A program made the position numbers and the translations under genes. Shown piece after piece: positions 10,814 through 23,182 of a stretch of 64,000 bases of DNA; the stretch's first letter is position 1, and the number at the start of each line of letters is the position of its first letter. This DNA comes from Thermoanaerobaculia bacterium (lineage in GTDB: Bacteria > Acidobacteriota > Thermoanaerobaculia > Multivoradales > Multivoraceae): positions 416,001-480,000 of the forward strand of contig OY762911.1 of assembly GCA_963666565.1 (NCBI GenBank), in the 5' to 3' direction. The notes under the pieces were generated by a model that saw only the letters and a list, made by a program, of their open reading frames with translations, did not search any database and was not told the DNA's origin.

Positions 10814-10925
10814 GGCAGCGGGTCGGAAGACCCGCGCACCCGGCAGCGGGTCGGAAGACCCGCGCACCCGGCAGCGGGTCGGAAGACCCGCGCACCCGGC
10901 AGTGGGTCGGAAGACCCGCGTACCC
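10814..10925 (+). repeat. Four contiguous tandem REP-like 28-bp units (no spacers)
   Basis: GGCAGCGGGTCGGAAGACCCGCGCACCC three times plus one variant, between convergent genes. Confidence 0.9.
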
Positions 10926-10950
10926 GGCGGGCGGCGGTTCGGCGCGGGCG

Positions 10951-12480
10951 TCAGCCGGTCAGGCGGAACCAGCGGGCGAAGATTCGCCGGGCCAGGGGCG
11001 TGAACCGGGTCGCGCGCCACCGGTTCGCGGCCTTCTTCAGCACCTCGGCTCGGGTGGGGTACGGCAGGATGGTGGAGGCGAACCGGGAGAGGCCGATCCG
11101 GTGGGTAACGGCCAGCGAGAGCGGCGCGACCAGATCGCCGGCGCCCTCGGCGACCGCGGTGGCGCCGAGAATCCGGTCGCTTCCCTTCCGCAACAGCACC
11201 CGGAGGAGACCCTCGTCCTCGCCGTCGAGCATGGCGCGGTGGTTCTCGCCGAGCGGCACGTCGATCGTGTCGACGGCGACGCCCCGCTCTTCCGCCTCGG
11301 CGCGGTCCAGGCCGACGTGCGCCACCTCCGGCGACGTGTAGGTACACCGCGGCACGACCAGACGGTCGGCCCGCGCCGTCGGCAGGAACAGGGCGTTCTG
11401 GATCACGACGCCGGCATGGGCGTCGGCCCGGTGGGTGAACCGGGGTCCGGGCGTCACGTCGCCGGCCGCGAAGATGCGGGGGTTCGTCGTCCGCAGCTTC
11501 GCGTCGACCTGGACGCCGGCGGCGCCGGACCGGACGCCGATCCCGGAGAGGCCCAGGCCCTCGACGTTCGGCGTCCTGCCGGCGGCGACCAGGAGTTCGT
11601 CGCAAAGCGTCTCGCGGCGCTCGCCGTCGGCGCCGACGTGGACCAGCCGGATGGCGCCGGCGTCCGGCGCCGCTTCCTCGATCCGGGCGCCGAGCGCCAG
11701 CTCGACGCCGTCGCGCCGGAGCGCCCGTTCGACCAGGGCGGCGGCGTCCGGATCCTCCCGCGGCAGGATCCGGGGCAGCGCCTCGACCGCCGTGACGCGG
11801 CTGCCGAGCCGGGCGAACGCCTGGGACAGCTCGCAACCGATCGGGCCGGCGCCGACGACGGCCAGCCGTTCGGGCCGGTCGGTCAGGGTGAACACGGTCT
11901 CGTTCGTCAGGTAGCCGCAACGCTCGAGACCCGGAATCGGGGGCGCCGCGGGACGAGCGCCGGTGGCGATCACGGCCCGGCGGAAGCGCAGCTCCCGGTC
12001 GCCGGCGGGGCCGGTCACGGAGACCGCGCGATCGGAGAGGAAACGCCCCTCCCCCAGGTAGACGTCGACGCCGGCGTCCCGGAACCGCTCGGCGCTGTCG
12101 TCCCCGCTTATCGCCGCGCGCACGCGGCGCATCCGCTCCATCGCGGCGCCGAAGTCGCCCGCGCGCTCGAAGGCGGGCGCGCCGAACGCGGCGCCGGCCC
12201 GCCCGGCGCTCCACCGCCGCGCGGCGGCGATGACCCCCTTGGACGGCACGCAGCCGAAGTTCAGGCAGTCGCCGCCCATCAGCCGGCGTTCGACCAGCGC
12301 CACCCGCGCGCCCAGGCCGGCCGCCACGATGGACGTGACGAGGCCGGCGCTGCCGGCGCCGATCACGACCAGGTGGTAGCGGGCGGACGGCTCGGGATTC
12401 GTCCAGTCCGCCGGCGCCACCCGGGCGGTCAGCGCCCGGTCGTGGCGATCTTCCGCCAGCATCTCCGGTCTAGCCGGCAT
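10951..12480 (-). CDS. FAD-dependent pyridine nucleotide-disulfide oxidoreductase (mercuric reductase/lipoamide dehydrogenase-like family)
   Basis: VIGAGSAG, GGDCLNFGCVPSK redox disulfide, ATGARP, VGAGPIGCE, AAGDV. C-terminal PYPTRAE and no C-terminal Cys pair. Confidence 0.85.
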   Translation of the reverse strand: MPARPEMLAEDRHDRALTARVAPADWTNPEPSARYHLVVIGAGSAGLVTSIVAAGLGARVALVERRLMGGDCLNFGCVPSKGVIAAARRWSAGRAGAAFGAPAFERAGDFGAAMERMRRVRAAISGDDSAERFRDAGVDVYLGEGRFLSDRAVSVTGPAGDRELRFRRAVIATGARPAAPPIPGLERCGYLTNETVFTLTDRPERLAVVGAGPIGCELSQAFARLGSRVTAVEALPRILPREDPDAAALVERALRRDGVELALGARIEEAAPDAGAIRLVHVGADGERRETLCDELLVAAGRTPNVEGLGLSGIGVRSGAAGVQVDAKLRTTNPRIFAAGDVTPGPRFTHRADAHAGVVIQNALFLPTARADRLVVPRCTYTSPEVAHVGLDRAEAEERGVAVDTIDVPLGENHRAMLDGEDEGLLRVLLRKGSDRILGATAVAEGAGDLVAPLSLAVTHRIGLSRFASTILPYPTRAEVLKKAANRWRATRFTPLARRIFARWFRLTG

Positions 12481-12522
12481 GGTTCACCGGGTTCCCCGCC
12501 GAGAGCCTCGAAGCGCCGCCGT

Positions 12523-13281
12523 TCATTCGCCGACCTCCTCCCTGAGCGCCCGCCGGGCGATCCTGACGATGATGGCGGTCGCCGCAACGGTGGCGATCAG
12601 CCCGAGGCCCAAGAGCGCATGGTCGCCCCAGCCCCGCTCCTCGCCGACGCCGGCCGCGATCTCGGCCACGTCGCCGATCACTCTGCCGGTGTAGACGTAG
12701 AGCAGCGTCGCGGGAAGCATGCCGACGAAGGCGCGGACGTAGTCGCGGAGCTTCACCTGCGTCAGTCCCAGAGCGTAGTTCAGCAGCACGAACGGAACGA
12801 CGGGCGTGAGACGCAGCAGCAGGACGATCCTGAACCCCTCGCGGCCCACCGCCCGGTCGATGGCGGCGAACCGCGGTTCCGCGGCGACGCGCTTCTCGAT
12901 CGCCCCGCGGACCAGGTACCTGGACGCCAGGAAGGCCGCCGTCGCCCCCAAGGAGGCGCCGGCGAACACGAACGCCGTGCCCTCGGCGAGACCGAAGATC
13001 GCGCCGCCGGCGAACGTGAGCAGCGAACCGGGAATGAAGGCGACGGTCGCCACGACGTAGCCGAGCACGAACACGACCGGTCCCCACACGCCGAGTCCGT
13101 CCACCCAGGCGGAGAACTCCGGCAGGTAGCCGGCGACGCGCCGGCCGAACAGCAGCAGCGCGGCGACCCCCAGGACGACGACCGCCGCCTGAACCGCAAG
13201 CCGCGCCTTCGAGGCCCTTGCCGGCCCGCCGCCGGCGACGCTGCCGTCGGGCGGGGCGACCCGACCCTCGGTTCCGCTCAT
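12523..13281 (-). CDS. TVP38/TMEM64 (DedA superfamily, SNARE-associated domain) membrane protein
   Basis: GPVVFVLGYVVATVAFIPGSLLTFAGGAIFG, LLLRLTPVVPFVLLNYALGLT, GMLPAT..YVYTG. ATG at 13281 overlaps the upstream stop. Confidence 0.88.
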   Translation of the reverse strand: MSGTEGRVAPPDGSVAGGGPARASKARLAVQAAVVVLGVAALLLFGRRVAGYLPEFSAWVDGLGVWGPVVFVLGYVVATVAFIPGSLLTFAGGAIFGLAEGTAFVFAGASLGATAAFLASRYLVRGAIEKRVAAEPRFAAIDRAVGREGFRIVLLLRLTPVVPFVLLNYALGLTQVKLRDYVRAFVGMLPATLLYVYTGRVIGDVAEIAAGVGEERGWGDHALLGLGLIATVAATAIIVRIARRALREEVGE

Positions 13282-14618
13282 CGGGAGCTCCCTTCCCCGC
13301 ACTGGTGCTCGGCGCCCGCGAGATCGAACACGGTCTTGACCGGCGTGTACGTCTCGCCCGGGAGTTCGACGAACCGCGTCTCCCACCCCGCCATCGAGCC
13401 GTTCCACAGACCGGGACGCTCCAGCGCGAGGAGGGGCCTGCCGCCGTGGCTCTTGCGGACGAGGAAGCTGGCGGCGTGGTCGACGTAGTCCTCCAGCCGG
13501 TACGGTTCGCCCCCCGGCCGGAGCACCGCGCACACCATGAACACCGGGTTGAAGTGGGTGGACCGGGCCAGGATCGCCGCCTGCTCCGGATCGTCCAGGT
13601 CCATCTGGACCGTCTCCACGATCTGCAGGCTGGCCTCGCCCGCCTCGTCCCGCACCCGGAAGGGACCGCCGCCGGCCGTGCCCAGGGTCGGCACGACGCC
13701 GCAGACCCGGGACGGCCGGTCCGCCTCCCGGGCGAGTTCCCGGGCCATCCCGGCGAGGATCCGGAATGCCCTGACCGCCGGTCCCTGGAACGGTTCCGGC
13801 TGCACGTTGTCGATGTTCTTCATCGCGACGAGCCCGAAGCCGCGGTCGGCCAAGGCCTGGACGTTGCGAAGCAGCGCGCCGTGTCCGCCGGGACGGAACA
13901 GCAGGGGCGCCGCCGGGTCGTCCGCGAGCCGGAACGGCCGGCCCCGCTCGTCGAGGGCGATGCTGTCGGTGGCCGGCGACTGGTGGGAGAGCGCGACCTC
14001 GAAGCGGCATCCGCGGCGCCGCTCCAACGCCGGCTGCAGCTCCTCCAGCCGCGCCTCGAACGCCGGGCGGCGGCTCGAAGCGACCGAGAAGTGAACGGCC
14101 GTCGATCCGCCCTCGCCGAGGACGCCGGCCGCCTCGACCAGGTGCTCTTCGAGCGCCGTGCGCACCTCGCCGCCGGGATAGCGGTGGAACGGGATGAGGG
14201 CTTTCGGCGTGTCGCCGTAGCGTTCCAGGATCTCCGTCACGCCGGCGTCGAAGGGCAGATGCGGCCGCGCGCGCTCGAAGCGGCCGAGAACCGCCGCGGC
14301 CGCTTCGCCTCCGGCGGCGGCCGCCTCGAGCTCGGCGAAGAGCCGGGAGGCCGCCCCGGAAGCCGGCACGAACCGGACGAGGTCTCCGGACCGCGCCGCG
14401 GAGCGCCCGGCCTCGGCGAGCCGGTCCGCCTCCGGCCCGGCCGGCAGGGGATCGATGCCGTCCCCGAGCAGCGCCGGCCGTGCCAGCCTGGCCTTCGGCG
14501 GCGGGTCGCGCAGGATGGCGAGCTGCCGCCGGGCCTCCTCCACGCCGATGCCGTGCGCTTCGAGCCGGTCGCGGTCGGCCGCGCTCAGGCCGCCCTCGCC
14601 TGCGGTCGGCGGCCTCAT
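13278..14618 (-). CDS. DUF4301 family protein
   Basis: FVPASGAASRLF, PKALIPFHRY, RTALEEHLVE, LFRPGGHGALL, KNIDNV, THFNPV, LERPGLWNGSMA.W...FVE.P..TYTPVKTV.DL. Confidence 0.8.
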   Translation of the reverse strand: MRPPTAGEGGLSAADRDRLEAHGIGVEEARRQLAILRDPPPKARLARPALLGDGIDPLPAGPEADRLAEAGRSAARSGDLVRFVPASGAASRLFAELEAAAAGGEAAAAVLGRFERARPHLPFDAGVTEILERYGDTPKALIPFHRYPGGEVRTALEEHLVEAAGVLGEGGSTAVHFSVASSRRPAFEARLEELQPALERRRGCRFEVALSHQSPATDSIALDERGRPFRLADDPAAPLLFRPGGHGALLRNVQALADRGFGLVAMKNIDNVQPEPFQGPAVRAFRILAGMARELAREADRPSRVCGVVPTLGTAGGGPFRVRDEAGEASLQIVETVQMDLDDPEQAAILARSTHFNPVFMVCAVLRPGGEPYRLEDYVDHAASFLVRKSHGGRPLLALERPGLWNGSMAGWETRFVELPGETYTPVKTVFDLAGAEHQCGEGSSR

Positions 14619-15187
14619 CCCTCGCGGCGGAACGCCGGCAACCGGTCGAGGCAGTCCGCGACCGTCGGCGCCACGCGATCCCGGTCGGAGAGCACGGGTT
14701 CGTCGACCGGCCAGTCGATGCCGATCCGCGGGTCGTTCCAGGCGATCGCGAGTTCGTCGTCGCCGTCGTAGTACGCGTCGCACTTGTACTGCACCTCGGC
14801 GGCGTCGCTGAGCACGCAGAAGCCGTGGGCGAATCCGCGCGGGACATAGAGCTGGCGGAAGTTCTCCTCCGAGAGCCGGCAGCCGGTCCACTCCAGGAAG
14901 GACGGCGAGCCCCGCCGCACGTCGACCGCCACGTCGAAGACCTCGCCGCGGGTCACGCGGACGAGCTTGGTCTGCTCCCGGCGGCACTGGATATGGAGCC
15001 CCCGGACCGTGTCGCGGCCCGATCGGGAGTGGTTGTCCTGGACCCAGGGCCGGCCCATGCCGCCTTCCGCGAACGTCGCCGCGTTGTAGCTCTCCAGAAA
15101 GAAGCCGCGGCCGTCGCGATGAACCACCGGCTCGACGACCAGGACCCCGGACAGCCCGGTGACCCGGACCCTGGGCGGCGCGCTCAC
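14615..15187 (-). CDS. rfbC: dTDP-4-dehydrorhamnose 3,5-epimerase
   Basis: [54 protein letters not shown]. Confidence 0.93.
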   Translation of the reverse strand: MSAPPRVRVTGLSGVLVVEPVVHRDGRGFFLESYNAATFAEGGMGRPWVQDNHSRSGRDTVRGLHIQCRREQTKLVRVTRGEVFDVAVDVRRGSPSFLEWTGCRLSEENFRQLYVPRGFAHGFCVLSDAAEVQYKCDAYYDGDDELAIAWNDPRIGIDWPVDEPVLSDRDRVAPTVADCLDRLPAFRREG

Positions 15188-16071
15188 CGGCCCTCCTCCA
15201 GCACCAGGTTCAGGTAGCGGCCGTACGCGTCGTTCGTCCCCGCCGCCAGCCGCCGAAGCTGCTCGGCGTCGATGTAGCCCATGCGGTAGGCGACCTCTTC
15301 CAGGCAGGCCACCTTCAGGCCCTGCCGCTCCTCGAGCGCCTGGATGAAGTTGCCGGCCTGCAGCAGCGCCTCGTGGGTTCCCGTGTCGAGCCAGGCGACG
15401 CCACGGCCAAGGAGCTCGACCCGCAACGTCCCCTCCTCCAGGTAGATCCGGTTGAGATCGGTGATCTCCAGTTCGCCGCGGGCCGACGGACGGAGCGTCC
15501 GCGCCAGCTCGACGACGCGGTCGTCGTAGAAGTAGAGGCCCGGCACCGCGTACGGCGACTTCGGCGCCGGCGGCTTCTCCTCCAGGCCGACCACCCTCCG
15601 CTCCTCGTCGAAGGCGACGACGCCGTAGCGCTCCGGATCCCGGACCCGGTAGCCGAAGATCGTCGCGCCGGGCGACGACAGGTGGCGCGCCGCGGCCCGT
15701 TGCAGGACATCCGCCAGCCCGTGGCCATGGAAGATGTTGTCGCCCAGGGCCAGCGCCGCCCGGCCGCCGCGCAGGTGTTCCGCCCCGATCAGGAACGCCT
15801 GGGCGATGCCCTCCGGCGCCTCCTGGACGGCGTAGGAGAGGGAGATGCCGAGGTCACCGCCGTCGCCGAGCAGGCGCCGGAACGCGGCCTGGTCGTGCGG
15901 CGTCGTGACGATGAGGATCTCCCGCACCCCCGCGATCATCAGGCTGGACAGCGGGTAGTGGATCATCGGCTGGTCGTAGACGGGCAGCAACTGCTTGCTG
16001 ACCGCCCGCGTCACCGGGTGCAGCCGGGTGCCGGCCCCGCCCGCGAGCAGGATGCCGCGAAGCGGAGTCAT
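15184..16071 (-). CDS. rfbA: Glucose-1-phosphate thymidylyltransferase
   Basis: [55 protein letters not shown]. Confidence 0.95.
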   Translation of the reverse strand: MTPLRGILLAGGAGTRLHPVTRAVSKQLLPVYDQPMIHYPLSSLMIAGVREILIVTTPHDQAAFRRLLGDGGDLGISLSYAVQEAPEGIAQAFLIGAEHLRGGRAALALGDNIFHGHGLADVLQRAAARHLSSPGATIFGYRVRDPERYGVVAFDEERRVVGLEEKPPAPKSPYAVPGLYFYDDRVVELARTLRPSARGELEITDLNRIYLEEGTLRVELLGRGVAWLDTGTHEALLQAGNFIQALEERQGLKVACLEEVAYRMGYIDAEQLRRLAAGTNDAYGRYLNLVLEEGR

Positions 16072-17183
16072 GTCGCCGCCGTCAGCCGCGGCCGGACGCC
16101 TCGCCGCCGCCGCTCGGCGCCGCCCGCGACCGCCTCGCACCATTCGCTGTGGCCGAGATACCAGCGCACCGTCTCGCGCAGGCCCGACTCGAACTCGCGC
16201 CGCGGCGCCCAGTCGAGCTCCGCCCGCGCCCTGGCGGCGTCGATCGCGTAGCGCAGGTCGTGGCCCGGCCGGTCTTCGACGAAGGTCACGAGTTCCCGGT
16301 AGCTTCCCAGCCCCTTCGCCGCCAGCGCGGGGTTCTCCGCGGCCGGGAACTCCTCCTCGAGCGCGGAACAGACCGCCTCGACGACCTCCAGATTCGTTCG
16401 TTCGGCGTCGCCGCCGAGGTTGTAGCTCTCGCCCGGCCGTCCCGAGCGGAGCACCCGGAGCAGTCCTTCGCAGTGGTCGTCCACGTGCAGCCAGTCGCGG
16501 ACGTTGGCGCCCTCGCCGTACACCGGCAGCGGCCGCCCGGCGGCGGCGTTCAGGATCATCACCGGGATCAGCTTCTCGGGGAACTGGTAGGGACCGTAGT
16601 TGTTCGAGCAGTTCGTCACGATCGCCGGCAGGCCGTAGGTGCGGCCCCAGGCCCGCACCAGGTGATCCGCGGCGGCCTTGGAGGCCGAGTAGGGCGAACT
16701 CGGGTCGTACGGCGTGTCCTCCCGGAACCGTCCGTCGTCGCCGAGGCTTCCGAACACCTCGTCGGTCGAGACGTGGATGAACCGGAAGCCGGCGCGCTCC
16801 CGCTCCGGCCGCCGGCCGAGGTCGACGCGGGCCGCCTCGAGCAGCTCGAAGGCGCCGAGGACGTTCGTCCGGACGAAGGCGCCGGGACCGTCGATCGAGC
16901 GGTCCACGTGGCTCTCGGCCGCGAAGTTGAGGACCGCCGTCGGCCGGTGCTCGGCGAACGCCCGCCGCACCGCCTCGCGGTCGGCGATGTCCCCGAGCGC
17001 GAAGGCGTAGCGGGGATCGTCCGCCACCCGCTCCAGGTTGCGCGGGCTGCCGGCGTAGGTCAGCTTGTCGAACACGACGACCCGGCGGTCCGGACCGCGA
17101 GCGTCGGCCAACGCCGCGGCGGCGAAGTTGCTGCCGATGAAACCGGCGCCGCCGGTAACGAGGAGGGTCTCGGTCGCAGCCAA
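16068..17183 (-). CDS. rfbB: dTDP-glucose 4,6-dehydratase
   Basis: [71 protein letters not shown]. Confidence 0.95.
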   Translation of the reverse strand: MAATETLLVTGGAGFIGSNFAAAALADARGPDRRVVVFDKLTYAGSPRNLERVADDPRYAFALGDIADREAVRRAFAEHRPTAVLNFAAESHVDRSIDGPGAFVRTNVLGAFELLEAARVDLGRRPERERAGFRFIHVSTDEVFGSLGDDGRFREDTPYDPSSPYSASKAAADHLVRAWGRTYGLPAIVTNCSNNYGPYQFPEKLIPVMILNAAAGRPLPVYGEGANVRDWLHVDDHCEGLLRVLRSGRPGESYNLGGDAERTNLEVVEAVCSALEEEFPAAENPALAAKGLGSYRELVTFVEDRPGHDLRYAIDAARARAELDWAPRREFESGLRETVRWYLGHSEWCEAVAGGAERRRRGVRPRLTAAT

Positions 17184-17202
17184 TGGAAACGTCCGGCCCC
17201 GG

Positions 17203-18204
17203 TCACCAGGCGGCCGGAGCTTCCGGCAGGACGGCCGCCGCGGCCTCCAGCACCTTGCCGTGCAGGAGGCCGTTGGTGGCCACGACCCCGCGATTCCGGT
17301 CCAGGGTCCGGCCCAGGCGGAAGTCGAGCTCCCGGCCGTGGGCGTCGGTCACGGCGCCGCCGGCTTCCGTCACGACGATGGACCCCGCGGCGTGATCCCA
17401 GATCTTCTCGCGGTAGGCCGCGGCCGAGGGCAGGCGGAGGTAGATCGAGGCGTCGCCCCGGGCGATCGCCGCGTACTTGCACTGGCTGTCCATCCGCACC
17501 GGCGCGGCCGTCACCCCGAGCCGCTCGGCCATCCCGGCGTGTCCGCCCCGGTCCGAGTGCATCGACTCCGCCGACTCGCAGAAGACGGCCTCCGACGGGT
17601 CCGCCACCGGCGAAACGCCGATGCGGCGGGGCGCCGGCCCCTCCTCGTCGAGCGGCGCCTCCCAGGCGCCCCGCCCGCGGACGGCGACGAACAGGCAGCC
17701 GCGGCCGTCCGCCGTGGGCAGGTTCGGGCAGCCGAGCACGCCGCCGACGATCTCGCCGTCCTCCATCAGACCCAGCGCGGTCGCGTACTGAGCGCCGCGC
17801 AGGAACCCCTTCGTGCCGTCGATGGGATCGAGCACCCAGAACCTGCCCTTCGCGCCGCCGCCGCTCGAACAGCGATCGATCGCGTCGCGGACCTCGCCCA
17901 GGGCGGCGCCGGGTCGTTCGGACCGGACCGCGTCCGCGGCCCTGGCCAGGACCTCCAGGCCCTCCGGAGTCGTCAGGTTCGCCGCCGTCTCCTCGCCGAC
18001 GATGGCGTCCTCCGGCGGCAGCGTCAGGCTGACCAGGGCCTGCGCCGCGTAGTCCGCCACCGTCACCGGCGAGCGGTCGTCCTTGGTCAGGAAGGCGCCG
18101 CCGATGTCCGCCTGCAGACGCCGGGTCACCCGGCTGGCGACGCGCACGGCGCAAACCGCCGCCGCCAGTTCTCCGTAGTTCCCCATATCGAGCGAGTCGC
18201 CCAT
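17203..18204 (-). CDS. 3'(2'),5'-bisphosphate nucleotidase, HAL2/SAL1-like (inositol monophosphatase superfamily)
   Basis: [80 protein letters not shown]. Confidence 0.88.
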   Translation of the reverse strand: MGDSLDMGNYGELAAAVCAVRVASRVTRRLQADIGGAFLTKDDRSPVTVADYAAQALVSLTLPPEDAIVGEETAANLTTPEGLEVLARAADAVRSERPGAALGEVRDAIDRCSSGGGAKGRFWVLDPIDGTKGFLRGAQYATALGLMEDGEIVGGVLGCPNLPTADGRGCLFVAVRGRGAWEAPLDEEGPAPRRIGVSPVADPSEAVFCESAESMHSDRGGHAGMAERLGVTAAPVRMDSQCKYAAIARGDASIYLRLPSAAAYREKIWDHAAGSIVVTEAGGAVTDAHGRELDFRLGRTLDRNRGVVATNGLLHGKVLEAAAAVLPEAPAAW

Positions 18205-18252
18205 GCCGCGGCAATGATACGGGTTGCCTCGCCTCGTGCCACACTGAAACCG

Positions 18253-18834
18253 GTGCCCCACGGACCACAGGACGAGGCCGCCCTCGTGGCGGAAGCGATC
18301 GCGGGTTCGGAACTCGCCTTCCGGACGCTGGTCGAGCGCTACCAGCGGCCCGTCTTCAGCCTGATCCTGCGCATGGTCAGAGACCACGGCATCGCCGAGG
18401 ACGTCACCCAGGAGGTCTTCGTCAAGGCCTGGCTGGCGCTTGCGCGCTACGACCCGAGACGGCGTTTCGCCAGTTGGCTGTTCAAGATCGCCAGCAACGC
18501 GGCGATCGACCACCTGCGGCGCAAGAAGCTCCCCACGACGCCGATCGAGAGCGGCGACCCGGACCGGTCGTCCATCCTGGAACGGATCGAGGACGAACGC
18601 TCGGAGTCTCCGGACACCCTGGTCAAGCGACGCGAGCTGTCGGCCGCCCTCGAGGCGGCGGTGGCCGCGCTCCGGCCGGAGTACCGGCTGGTCGTTCTGC
18701 TCCGGTTCCGGGAAGAACTCCCCTACCGGGACATCGCGGAAGTCGCCGGCATGCCGCTCGGAACCGTCAAGACGAACCTGCGCCGGGCGCGCCGCGAGAT
18801 CGAAGAGCGCCTGCGCAACGAGGGCGTGGTGTGA
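18253..18834 (+). CDS. ECF RNA polymerase sigma factor (SigW-like)
   Basis: AFRTLVERYQRPVF, AEDVTQEVFVKAW, FASWLFKIASN.AIDHLR, L..EYRLVVLLR...ELPYRDIAE...MPLGTVKTNLRRAR. Start could be 18214. Confidence 0.92.
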   Translation: MPHGPQDEAALVAEAIAGSELAFRTLVERYQRPVFSLILRMVRDHGIAEDVTQEVFVKAWLALARYDPRRRFASWLFKIASNAAIDHLRRKKLPTTPIESGDPDRSSILERIEDERSESPDTLVKRRELSAALEAAVAALRPEYRLVVLLRFREELPYRDIAEVAGMPLGTVKTNLRRARREIEERLRNEGVV

Positions 18835-18898
18835 AACCGGGAACGTTCTCCGACCGTAGGGCGAAGGGCATGGGCAACGTCGCGTCAGGCTCGTCGTA
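18832..18898 (+). promoter_or_regulatory. Two tandem ECF-type promoter motifs upstream of the anti-sigma-like gene
   Basis: TGAAAC-N17-CGTA (18832-18858) and GGCAAC-N16-CGTA (18873-18898). Confidence 0.55.
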
Positions 18899-18925
18899 CA
18901 ATCGCACACGCCGCGAGGAGTGAAC

Positions 18926-20887
<1,962 letters not shown>

Positions 20888-20935
20888 GACGGCTGCCGCG
20901 GGAAGCAAGGCCCGCGCGCGTAGTAGTCTCCCTCC

Positions 20936-23182
20936 ATGCCGGCCCGCGGGCTCGCCAGTCTGGTCCTGCTCGCAGTTCCTCCAGTCGCCGCTGCGCCCGC
21001 CGGCGACTTTGCGGAGTCCTGCCGGCGGCTGCAGGACGGCTCGAACGCCTACTTCGGAACCAGGTTCGCGGACGAGCTTCGAGCCGAACTGACCTCCAAC
21101 CCGGACAGCCCCGAAACGGCGGCGCAGCTCGGCGGCGAGCTGCTGCGGCTCGGCGACACGGCAGGGGCGATCGAGCACCTGTCGGCGGCGACCGGGGCCC
21201 TCGATGCCGCGCCCGGCGTGCGGCCGACCATCCCCGAGTGGAACCTGGCCCTGGCCCATCTCCAGCGGGCCGAGGACCTGAACTGCGTTCATCGCCCCGA
21301 CGGCGCGGCGCCGGCGGAAGACGGGAGCGCGCGCGAGGGGCAGTCCCGGCGCGTCCGCCGTTCCGCCGACAGTTGCATCCTCCCGCTCGCTCCGTCCGCG
21401 GTCCACGACCGCCCCGAGCACGCCCGCGCCGCGGGCGACCTGTTCCTCGACATGCTGGAGGAAGGCCGCCCGACCGGCGCCTGGAGACAGCGGGCGACCT
21501 GGCTGCTCAACGTCGCGCGGCGGCTGACGGGCGACTTTCCGGACGGCGTGCCCGCCCGGTTCCGGATCGCCGAGGACGTCTTCGCGTCGCAGTCGTTTCC
21601 GGGTCAGCGCTGGCGCAATCTCGGTCCGGAACTCGGCGTCGACGCTCTCGATCTGGCGGGCGGAGCGATCGTGGACGACTTCGACGGCGACGGCATGCTC
21701 GACCTGGTCACTTCGACCTGGGATCCGTGCGGCCCGCTCCGGGCCTTCCGCGGCGACGGCGGCGGCTTCGAGGACGTGACGGAAGCCTGGGGGCTCGGCG
21801 ATCAACTTGGCGGCCTGAACCTGGTTCATGCCGACTACGACGACGACGGACGCCTCGACCTGTTCGTCCTGCGCGGCGCCTGGCTGCTGGAGGAGGGACG
21901 CATCCGCAACTCGCTGCTGCGCAACGAACTGGATGGCGGCGCCGGCCGTTTCGCCGACGTCACGGAGGCGGCCGGGTTGGCCGAGCCCGCCTGGCCGACC
22001 CAGGCGGCGGCCTGGGGCGACTACGACGGCGACGGCGACCTCGACCTCTACGTCGGCAACGAGGCGAGCGAGGCGCACGAATACCCGTCCCAGTTGTTCC
22101 GCAACCGGGGCGACGGCACCTTCCAGGACGTCGCGGAGCAAGCCGGCGTCGCCAACCTGCGCTACGCCAAGGGCGTCGCCTGGGGCGACGTGGACAACGA
22201 CGGCGACCTCGACCTCTACGTCTCCAACTTCGGCGCCAACCGGCTCTACGTGAACGTGGGCGGCGTCTTCGAGGACACCGCCGTCCGGGCGGGAGTCACC
22301 GAGCCGGAACGGGAGAGCTTCGCGACCTGGTTCTTCGACTACGACAACGACGGCGACCTGGACATCTACGTCGGCGACTACCGCGACCAGGCGACCGAGA
22401 TCGTCGCGTCCTACATGGGCTCGGATCCCGGAGTCGGCCAGCCCCTGCTCTACCGCAACGACTGCGGCCCGGCGCCCGGCTGCGGCGGCAGACCGCGGCT
22501 GACCGAAGTGTCGCGGCAGCTCGGCATCCGCCGCCCGGCCCTGCCGATGGGCGCCAACTACGGCGACCTGGACAACGACGGCTGGCTCGACTTCTATCTG
22601 GGAACCGGCGAGCCCGATCTCGCCAGCCTGATGCCGAACGTGATGTACCGCTTCGACGGCCGCGCCTTCGAGGAAGTCACCTTCGCCGGCGGCTTCGGCC
22701 ACCTGCAGAAGGGACACGGCGTGGCGTTCGGCGACCTGGACCGCGACGGCGACATGGACCTGCTGCACCAGCTCGGCGGCTTCTACCCGACGGACACCTT
22801 CGGCAACGCGCTGTTCGAGAACCCCGGCAGCGACAACGCCTGGGTCACGCTGCGCTTCGCCGGCGCGGGCCGCCGCGGCGAGGGCGCCAACCGCTTCGGC
22901 GTCGGCTCGCGGGTCGCCCTCTCCGTCGACGGTTCGGGCGGCGAGCGGACGATCCACCGCGTCGTCGGCTCGGGGGGTTCCTTCGGCGGCAACAGTATGC
23001 AGCTCGAAGTGGGGCTTGGCGACGCCGTCGAGATCACCGAGATCCGCGTGCGCTGGGCCGGCAGCGGCAGCGAGCAGCGGTTCCGCTCGGTCGCGCCTCG
23101 GGCCGTTTACCGGATCGTCGAAGGCGCCGCCGCGCTCGAGCGGGTCGCGGCGCCCGCCTTCAGGCTGGGCGGCGAGCGTTGA
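20936..23182 (+). CDS. Secreted CRTAC1-like protein with FG-GAP/VCBS repeats and an ASPIC/UnbV domain
   Basis: Signal peptide, multiple DxDxDGxxD repeats, GHLQKGHGVAFGDLD, C-terminal GGSFGGNSMQLEVGLG. Confidence 0.88.
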   Translation: MPARGLASLVLLAVPPVAAAPAGDFAESCRRLQDGSNAYFGTRFADELRAELTSNPDSPETAAQLGGELLRLGDTAGAIEHLSAATGALDAAPGVRPTIPEWNLALAHLQRAEDLNCVHRPDGAAPAEDGSAREGQSRRVRRSADSCILPLAPSAVHDRPEHARAAGDLFLDMLEEGRPTGAWRQRATWLLNVARRLTGDFPDGVPARFRIAEDVFASQSFPGQRWRNLGPELGVDALDLAGGAIVDDFDGDGMLDLVTSTWDPCGPLRAFRGDGGGFEDVTEAWGLGDQLGGLNLVHADYDDDGRLDLFVLRGAWLLEEGRIRNSLLRNELDGGAGRFADVTEAAGLAEPAWPTQAAAWGDYDGDGDLDLYVGNEASEAHEYPSQLFRNRGDGTFQDVAEQAGVANLRYAKGVAWGDVDNDGDLDLYVSNFGANRLYVNVGGVFEDTAVRAGVTEPERESFATWFFDYDNDGDLDIYVGDYRDQATEIVASYMGSDPGVGQPLLYRNDCGPAPGCGGRPRLTEVSRQLGIRRPALPMGANYGDLDNDGWLDFYLGTGEPDLASLMPNVMYRFDGRAFEEVTFAGGFGHLQKGHGVAFGDLDRDGDMDLLHQLGGFYPTDTFGNALFENPGSDNAWVTLRFAGAGRRGEGANRFGVGSRVALSVDGSGGERTIHRVVGSGGSFGGNSMQLEVGLGDAVEITEIRVRWAGSGSEQRFRSVAPRAVYRIVEGAAALERVAAPAFRLGGER

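Noticed and set aside
10814-10925. Possible CRISPR array (28-bp palindromic repeats x4)
   Set aside because: The units are contiguous with no spacers, there are no cas genes, and the same unit is scattered singly through the window, so it is REP-like.
10951-12480. Mercuric reductase MerA
   Set aside because: There is no C-terminal Cys-Cys pair, no N-terminal HMA domain and no mer operon genes.
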